Assembly: GCA_964016885.1 (NCBI GenBank)
Contig: OZ024753.1
Location: 44,950,001-45,014,000, forward strand
Direction of reading: 5' to 3'
DNA from: Eledone cirrhosa
Taxonomy: Eukaryota
Length of the DNA stretch: 64,000 nucleotides
Positions 55,533 to 64,000 of this stretch are shown piece by piece (position 1 is the stretch's first letter; each line of letters begins with the position of its first letter). Below the pieces are notes generated by a model, which ran no database searches, was not told where the DNA came from, and saw nothing but the letters and a program-made list of their open reading frames with translations. The translations under genes were made by a program, and so were the position numbers.

Positions 55533-55670
55533 TTCACTTAGTTTCATGAAAGGGTAAAATAAATAAAATTTAAAGCTCTCAAGTTTAACTGGTCTCTTAC
55601 GGGTTTGTATCTCATAGGAGGTTTTTTCGGAGTTTAATACTAGGGAACACAGACTTATGTTGTTGGTGTT

Positions 55671-55899
55671 TTAACCCTTTAGCATTTAAACCGGCCATAT
55701 CTGGCCAGAATTCTCTCATTTCTTTCTGTTCAAACTGGCTGTAACTGACCACTCATACTGATGTTAAAGTATCGTTCGCAAAATAAATATTATCAAAATT
55801 TCATAGATTTGGTATTATGTGAGATAATTATGTGAGGTAAAGCCTTTACTGTGGAAATATAATAGCATATATAGAGTAATGTAAATGCTAAAGGATTAA
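55671..55899 (+). mobile_element. piggyBac-type MITE, family 1
   Basis: TTAACCCTTTAGCATTTA...TAAATGCTAAAGGATTAA. Confidence 0.85.
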
Positions 55900-57017
55900 A
55901 TAACTTTGTTATTAGCATATTAAATCATTATTATTATTATTATGTTCATGAGTGATACCAAATGTTTGTAACATTACAGAACTTGTTACATAATAATTAA
56001 TGATAACACAGAGAAATGTGGAATATTTTGGCAGAGAAATGAAGGCAATATTTTAGAATCCCTGTAAAGTCTATTTTGGCAATAACTAGTAGAGAGATAA
56101 GTGAAATATACTTTAAAATGGTGATATGATAGGAAGGAACACTGAAGAAGGAAGAAGAAGAAGAAGCTATCTATACAGTAGCACAGTTCTAATTATACTC
56201 CAGCCCTTAACTAATCTAATTAAGATAGTCGTTTGGTTTCCTGATATATACATAAGGCTTGTTTATCTCTCAACATTATAACATAAAAGATGAAATTATT
56301 TATGTCTTTACCATTAGGATAAGGATGATGATAGAGGGAAGGTGGTGGTGGTGGTGGTGGTGGTGGCATTGGTGGTGGTGGTTGTGGTGGTATCAGAAGA
56401 AAGAAAATACAGGGAGGGGTAGAGAGAAAGACTGTAAAGAGAAATAGAGACAAAGAGATGTAGAGAGAGACTATAGAGAGATGTAGAGAGAGAGACTATA
56501 GAGAGATGTAGAGAGAGACTATAGAGAGATGTAGAGAGAGACTATAGAGAGATGTAGAGACAGAGGAAAGGAAAGAAAAACAGAAGGAGGAATGACTTTA
56601 GAAATATGGTAACAAAAGGGTTAAAAAACCATTTTCAAAAGACAAGGTCTTTCGAGCTTAGAAACATTTTAAGTTAAAGAAATTATTGATTACCTACCAA
56701 ATAACCAATATACATAAGTTATATAGTATTGATCTACTGAAATATTGTACTTATGTTGACTGACCAACATCCTAAAATGTATTCAATATGACCATCTTTC
56801 TAATCTGTAAACTGCCAATTCTTCAATATTGGATTACTTTATAACGTGACCTTTCAGTGCTAAAACCAACACAAAGGTTGTTGCTCTCGAAAACCTGTTG
56901 GTTCCATCGCACTTCCATTAGAAATGTATAAGTTGAATATGCTTTTAAAGTCTCACCCACCCCAACCAACACTCCATTCTTTCTTACCCCAAAAATATTA
57001 ACTATTTTGAGACCATA

Positions 57018-57740
57018 TATGAAAGTAAACTGAAAAGTTCATAGTCTGACCAAGATACTCTCATGGAATGACCAAATGAGGTTTATCTCTCCTTCATAGT
57101 CTGACCAAGATACTCTCATGGAATGACCAAATGAGGTTTATCTCTCCTTCATGGTCTGACCAAGATACTCTCATGGAATGACCAAATGAGGTTTATCTCT
57201 CCTTCATAATCTGACCAAGATACTCTCATGGAATGACCAAATGAGGTTTATCTCTCCTTCATAGTCTGACCAAGATACTCTCATGGAATGACCAAATGAG
57301 GTTTATCTCTCCTTCATAATCTGACCAAGATACTCTCATGGAATGACCAAATGAGGTTTATCTCTCCTTCATAGTCTGACCAAGATACTCTCATGGAATG
57401 ACCAAATGAGGTTTATCTCTCCTTCATAGTCTGACCAAGATACTCTCATGGAATGACCAAATGAGGTTTATTTTTCAACAGTCCCTGGAAAGACACAATG
57501 CAATTATTAATATGAAAAATTGAATGAAATTAATGCATGCAAGATTTCACAGCTCTAGCATCACTACTTCATAGGCTGACCAAGATACTCTCATGGAACA
57601 ATCAAATGAGGTATATTTATCAACATAGTCCCTCGAAAGAAAACAATGCAGAGTTGAATGAAACTAATGCTTGCAATATTTCACAGCTCTAACATTAACT
57701 CTTTATAGTCAACCTAGAAACATTTCAGTTTATCCTTGTA
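57018..57740. mobile_element. Mariner-like non-autonomous element carrying an internal 55-bp tandem array (~8 copies)
   Basis: Imperfect TIRs tatgaaagtaaactgaaaagtt / aacatttcagtttatccttgta with TA ends. Unit ctgaccaagatactctcatggaatgaccaaatgaggtttatctctccttcatagt. Confidence 0.65.
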
Positions 57741-58214
57741 TATATATTTTTGACATGTTTAGTTAAAGAGATCAAGAGAATTCAGGTTGAAACAAATCTT
57801 TAGAAGGAATGTCACATCTGCAGAAACCATTTATTTCTAAGTATTATTTATTTTTAGATTCTATTTTATTATTCTTCAGTCGTGATGGCATCAATCAGTT
57901 CCACAAAACCAAAAATAATGAATAATAGTCGTTGGAATTATTTCTAAAACAAAACAGATTGGAAACGAAAATATATTTAGGAAAAGATCCTATCTAATTA
58001 TTATAGTGTCTTCAAAGACTTTCTCATTTAATGTTGTTGCATCAAATCATTGTTGGTTTGTTGTTGGTTGTGTTGTTGTTTGTTGGTTTGTTGTTGATTT
58101 GTTTGTCTGTATTTCTCTCCTTCACAACTGCTGCTGTCAATTTAAACTTTATCCAATTCCAACTACAAACAGTAAACATTCTACTATCAGAGCTTTACAT
58201 CTAAACAACAAAAC

Positions 58215-58700
58215 ATCACCACTACTGTTGTACACACAGTGTATATATCATTACAGCACAACTACAGTTGTAGTGTTATATAGACACTGTGTATATATCA
58301 TTACAACACCACTACAGTTGTAGTGTTATATAGACACTGTGTATATATCATTACAACACCGCTGTTGTTGTAGTGTTGTACACACAGTGTATATATCATT
58401 ACAACACCACTACAGTTGTAGTGTTATATAGACACTGTGTATATATCATTACAACACCACTACAGTTGTAGTGTTATATAGACACTGTGTATATATCATT
58501 ACAACACCACTACAGTTGTAGTGTTATATAGACACTGTGTATATATCATTACAACACAACTACAGTTGTAGTGTTATATATAGACACTGTGTATATATCA
58601 TTACAACACTACTACAGTTGTAGTGTTATATAGACACTGTGTATATATCATTACAACACTACTACAGTTGTAGTGTTATATATAGACACTGTGTATACAA
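58215..58700. repeat. ~50-bp minisatellite with an internal hairpin
   Basis: Unit tacagttgtagtgttatatagacactgtgtatatatcattacaacaccac, containing cactaca-gt-tgtagtg. Confidence 0.93.
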
Positions 58701-59933
58701 CGCTACATCACAACTTCTGTTGTTATGTTATATATACTGTTTACACATCATTACATTATAACTACAGCAATGGAATGACGAATAGGGACATTGTTTCCTT
58801 GGTCTGATCTGATGATCAGTTCCTTTCTTCTGCCAGGAGTTGTAACTGACAGATAGTATCAGTAATGGAAAGATCAAGATATAATTTAATTTTGTCCAAC
58901 TATGTCTAACCTCTGTTAGTGGCCAACTTAGAGAATTAACAGCTGTTATATTACTAAGTTGATAGCTTCTATGGATGTTGATACAACTTTTGGTCTTCCA
59001 TACGTGATGTAATTGTAAGATCTTCTATTAGAAGTTATTAGAGTTTCTGTTAATTCAATCAGACCCCACCTTATATATCTCCATTTTAAAAATAAGACAT
59101 GATTCATGTATGTTTGATGTTGTCTTAAATTGCAGCCCAACATTCAGGGCCATGTATTAATAAACTACAAACATGTGGGCAAGAAACTTGCAGTGGAAAA
59201 GAAAATATATTACTAAAAGAAAAAAAATAGTTATATCTATTGTCTTTTAATTTCTAATTGTCCTCAACTATTCTGGTCATAGTTAACTTTCTGGGGGAGG
59301 CACGTGACCAAGTGATTAGTGTGTTGGTCTTATGATCATAAGGTGTGGGGTTTGATTCCTGGACTGTCTAATACATTGTGTTCTTGAGCAAGTTGCTTTA
59401 TTTTATGTGGCTTTCATAATAGAAGTGGGGTTCTGGTCACCAAAACACCTGAGAAATATCCTAGGGGGTGCAACCTTGTAGGAGGCCAGCTAAACCTATG
59501 TATGTCATCATCATCATCATCATCGTTTAATGTCCATTTTCCCATGGGTTAGACAATGAGTGTCAGCTGTAAATTATATTTTTATTCCAAGACAGAGAAC
59601 TGTTTTAACTGACCACCACTGATACTATGTCACTATTAGTTCTATTTATGAGTACTCACAGTTGAACTTAACATTTTATTGTGACACTGGCACTTTACAG
59701 AGTGTACTGGGTGCATTTTACTATAACACCAACACTACTAGTTCCATCTCTGAGTACTCACTGTTGAACTTAACAGAGTACTAATCACCTGATAGTGCTG
59801 ATGATGATGAGGAACTTGATAGTGATGGTTGTGATGTTGATGATGGTGATGGTGATTATGGTGGTGATGGTTAGGGTGATGGTGATGATGATGTTGATGT
59901 GATAGTGATGGTGATGGTAGTGGTGATTGTGAT

Positions 59934-59990
<57 letters not shown>

Positions 59991-60483
59991 GTGATGATGA
60001 TAATGTCCAACGCTCTACCGATTCTGCCAATCCATGGCCCCTAGAGAGGCTTAAAATAATGTAAAGACCAGGTTAGGAATTCCTAAGAGACAACAACAAC
60101 AACAACAACACTACCAACACTACCAACAACAACAACAACACTACCAACACTACCACCAACAGCACTACCACCACCACCAACAACAACAACACTACCAACA
60201 CTACCAACAACAACAACAACACTACCAACAACAACAACAACACTACCAACAACAACAACACTACCAACACTACCAACAACAGCACTACCAACAACAACAA
60301 CACCACCAACAACAACAACAACAACACTATCTACAGAACAAGACTAGCAATCTAGAGAGTGCTGAGTAACGAGAAAGCTAGGTATGAATGACTCATAAGC
60401 TTTTAAGTTATGTTAGGGGAAACTAAATATACAGATAATCAATACATTCAACAGTTTAAAGACTACAGGTGAGATGTATGAGG

Positions 60484-60516
<33 letters not shown>

Positions 60517-60517
<1 letters not shown>

Positions 60518-60593
60518 GGGTGTCCCCCAAAAATGTATACATACTATTATTAGAATACTGTTAAAGTGTGTATACATTTTTGGGGGACACCCT
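60517..60593. mobile_element. Very small Tc1/mariner-type MITE (hairpin)
   Basis: agggtgtcccccaaaaatgtataca ... tgtatacatttttgggggacaccct, perfect 25-bp TIRs within TA-rich repeats. Confidence 0.75.
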
Positions 60594-60635
60594 GTGTCTC
60601 TGTGTGTGTGTATATATATATAGACATGTATATAT

Positions 60636-60675
<40 letters not shown>

Positions 60676-60896
60676 GTATATATATATCGATATACATGTG
60701 TATATACATGTATATATATATATATATACATGTATATACATATATATTGATATACATGTCTCTATACATGTATATATATATATATATATATTGATATACA
60801 TGTCTATATATATATACATGTATATATATATATTGATATACATGTCTATATACATGTATATATATATATATATTGATATGCATGTCTATATAAATG

Positions 60897-60951
<55 letters not shown>

Positions 60952-60994
60952 AGTAATAATAATAAATGTGAAAACTAAAATCTGAAGAGGGCTT

Positions 60995-61060
<66 letters not shown>

Positions 61061-61397
61061 AAAATATATAAAACCATAGAGCAAATATATATATATACAC
61101 ATATACATATATACATATATACATATATACATACACACATGCTCTCATGTATTCTTCCTATGTTCCTCCTCATTCTCCCCCTCTACTACAACATGAAGGG
61201 GTTTGAGGAACAGATGTTCAGGGAAGACTCCTACTGCTAGGGAGTATTTTCATAGAAAAATCAATACTACATGTAGATTCTGTGATAGAAAACAGAAATA
61301 TCCCCAACCAATTTACACCTGGTGTGTGAAAATATACAATGAACCTTTTCAGTTTATTAATTATTATTAATTGCAGCATAGAGTTTTGGCCCTTTGC

Positions 61398-61873
61398 ATT
61401 CTGAGTTCAAATCCCGCCGAGGTCAACTTTGCCTTTCATCCTTACGGAGTCGATAAAATAAAGTACCAGTAATACACTGGGATAATTGCTGGCCTTGTGC
61501 CAAAAGTAGAAACCAGGTGGATTGGCAGTATCGGTAGAGGGTCGGACGCCATGCTTTCCAGCATAGTTACGTCCCTTTATGATCTGAGTTCAAATCCCGC
61601 CGAGGTCAACTTTGCCTTTCATCCTTACGGGGTCGATAAAATAAAGTACCAGTAATACACTGGGGTAATTGCTGACCTTGTGCCAAAAGTAGAAACCATT
61701 ATCATTATTATATTTATTATTATCAACATCATTCTGAGTTCAAATCCCATCGAGGTTAGCATTTCCTTCCATCCCTACGGGGTCGATAAAATAAAGTACC
61801 AGTAATGCACTGGGGTCAATTTAATAGACTTTCCCCTCTCCGAAAACTGCTGGCCTTGTGTTTTAATCAGAAA
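61398..61873 (+). mobile_element. Three tandem copies of a second SINE family (Nin/Deu-like central domain)
   Basis: ctgagttcaaatcccgccgaggtcaactttgcctttcatccttacggggtcgataaaataaagtaccag repeated three times. Opposite-strand copies at 9986-10102, 21106-21285, 53055-53230 and 53755-53903. Confidence 0.8.
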
Positions 61874-62521
61874 CCAGATAAATAATTTTTAATGAAATGA
61901 AAAAGTTAAATTGCTAAAAATCTCAAAATTCTTGATTATTTTCAAAATTATTTTAAAATTATTGGCAATAAATATCTACAAAGGGCGGTGCCCCAGCATG
62001 GCCTCAGCCGGATGGCTGAAACAGGTAAAAGAGTAAAAGAGTAGTGTCTTTTGTTAGAAAAAATGGTAATGAAAGGGTTCGAGAATAAACTTAGCTTGAA
62101 GCAGCCTAAGTTATTCCATGATCACTTTCTAAACTACAGTATGTTGTGCGTTAGATATGTTGGTTGTTATGGTTGACATCTTTTATAAATATCTACAAAT
62201 ATGGATGAAAGGCTAATGTTAAGAAAACATGTTTGATTCCCACTAAGCCATGCTTGTTAATAGCACCTTGTTTACACACACAGACAGACACACAGACACA
62301 CAGAGACACACAGACAGACACACAAACACACAGAGACACACAGACAGACACACAAACACACATACAGACACACATACAGACACACAAACACACAGACAGG
62401 CACACATGCACCTCAATATTGGGAGTGAGAGATGTGTCATCTATATCCCGCTGAGGTTAGCATTGCATTTTATCATTAGGGGGTCAATAAAATAAAGTAC
62501 TAATAATGTACTGGGGTCAAT

Positions 62522-62737
62522 TTAACCCTTTACCATTTACATTACTCTATATTTACTATTGTATTTTCATGGTAAACACTTTAACTTACATAATATCGAA
62601 TCTACAAGATTTTAATGTTATTTAGTTTGAGAACAATACCTTAACATCAGTATGAGCAGCTGGTTACGGCTAGTTTGAGCAGAAAGAGGTGAGAGAATTC
62701 TGGCCTGATACGGCCAGTTTAGATACTAAATGGTTAA
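62522..62737 (-). mobile_element. piggyBac-type MITE, family 1, inserted in a SINE
   Basis: TTAACCCTTTA...TAAATGGTTAA directly after the SINE segment gtactggggtcaat. Confidence 0.8.
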
Positions 62738-63369
62738 TCAAATTCGCCCTCCCCCAACACAGTTGGACAGGAGGTGGCAAGCTATTTATTTATGACATAA
62801 ATATATATATTGTTTTGGTGCCATGACAAAAAGTACCCAGTCCACACTGTAAAGTGGTCATGTAGATGTCACAGTAAATGTGGAGAGTGTTAGGAAGGGC
62901 ATCCAGCTGTAGATACCGAGCCAAAATCAGTTCTGTATGAGCAAAACACAGTCATCTGATCTGACTTGTTTCACAACGGGACAACTAGTCAAACCCATAC
63001 TAGCACTACCACTTTACAGAGTGAACTGGGTGTATGGTACCATCACTAGAGAGGTTGTTATCTAGACATGAGTCCTCTCAAACCCTATAAAATCCCTTAT
63101 CAAACACCAAACACTGTAACCTCCAGTCTCTCCTCATATTTACATTTAGTGCCGCAGTGCTGCAGTATTACTACTCTATGTAATATAAGCTAATTATTCA
63201 CTCATAATTAGGACAAAAGGAAAAAAGTAAATTTTAAACACTATTTTTTAAATTAATTCATTCATTAAATTAAAAATAAGGTGCTGCAATTTACTGCATT
63301 GATAATAAACTGGCTGAGAGAGAGATTATGGCTGTTTCCCCCATCTACTGGTGTACTAAACATGTGCTT

Positions 63370-63950
63370 GTAATGTTTAATGTACAGGCATGTTTACCAT
63401 TTAATGTAATGTTTGATGGTTTAATACAGGCATCTTTACCATTTAATGTAATGTTTGATGGTTTAATACAGACTTGTTTACCATTAAATGCAATGTTTGA
63501 TGGTTTAATATAGACGTGTTTACCATTAAATGTAATGTTTGATGGTTTAATACAGACTTGTTTACCATTAAATGTAATGTTTGATGGTTTAATATAGACT
63601 TGCTTACCATTAAATGCAATGTTTGATGGTTTAATATAGACGTATTTACCATTAAATGTAACGTTTGATGGTTCAACACAAACCTGTTTATCATCAAATT
63701 TCATGTTTTAATTGTCCAATACAGTTCTGTTTACCATTAAATATAAAGTATAATGGTTTAATACAGCATATTTATCATTAAATTTAACATTTAATGTCTT
63801 GATACAGGCTTGTTTACTATCAATTGTAATGTTTAACGGTTTAACACAGACATGTTTATCATCATATTTAATGTTTTAATGGTTTAACACAGGTCTGTAT
63901 ACCATAAAATACAATGTTTTAATGGTTTAACACAGGTCTGTATACCATCA
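63370..63950. repeat. 42-bp minisatellite
   Basis: Unit tgtttaccattaaatgtaatgtttgatggtttaatacagact. Explains the KPSNITFNGKQVCI pseudo-ORF. Confidence 0.93.
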
Positions 63951-64000
63951 GGTATATGTGGAGAAATGAAAGAGTTTTCAGTTATTTCTACTTAACAATG

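Overview
AT-rich, microsatellite-dense animal genomic DNA. The repeat content (tRNA-derived SINEs, RTE-tail repeats ending in (GAT)n, TTAA piggyBac MITEs) suggests an octopod cephalopod, which is an inference. The only real protein-coding gene I can support is a dystrobrevin on the minus strand. Eight GT-AG exons (33422-33517, 32221-32301, 31369-31582, 28346-28431, 25905-26056, 13043-13151, 12506-12672, 5269-5396) splice in frame into 334 codons covering the EF-hand-like region and the ZZ zinc finger. The gene continues beyond position 1 and has at least one upstream exon I could not locate. Nearly all ORF-track entries are microsatellite or minisatellite artefacts. The most interesting non-coding signal is a set of hammerhead-ribozyme elements associated with (TA)n tracts: two complete type I hammerheads whose stems differ in sequence but keep pairing (25279-25364, 48393-48463), and two families of fold-back hairpin elements carrying hammerhead core motifs, probably Penelope-like/retrozyme relics. 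Other observations are inverted repeats bracketing exons 4-5, a ~350 bp palindrome next to exon 5, an array of splice-donor motifs, a built-in empty-site control for a piggyBac MITE, and minisatellites seeded from transposon ends. All coordinates, alignments and folds were read by eye, so repeat boundaries are approximate.
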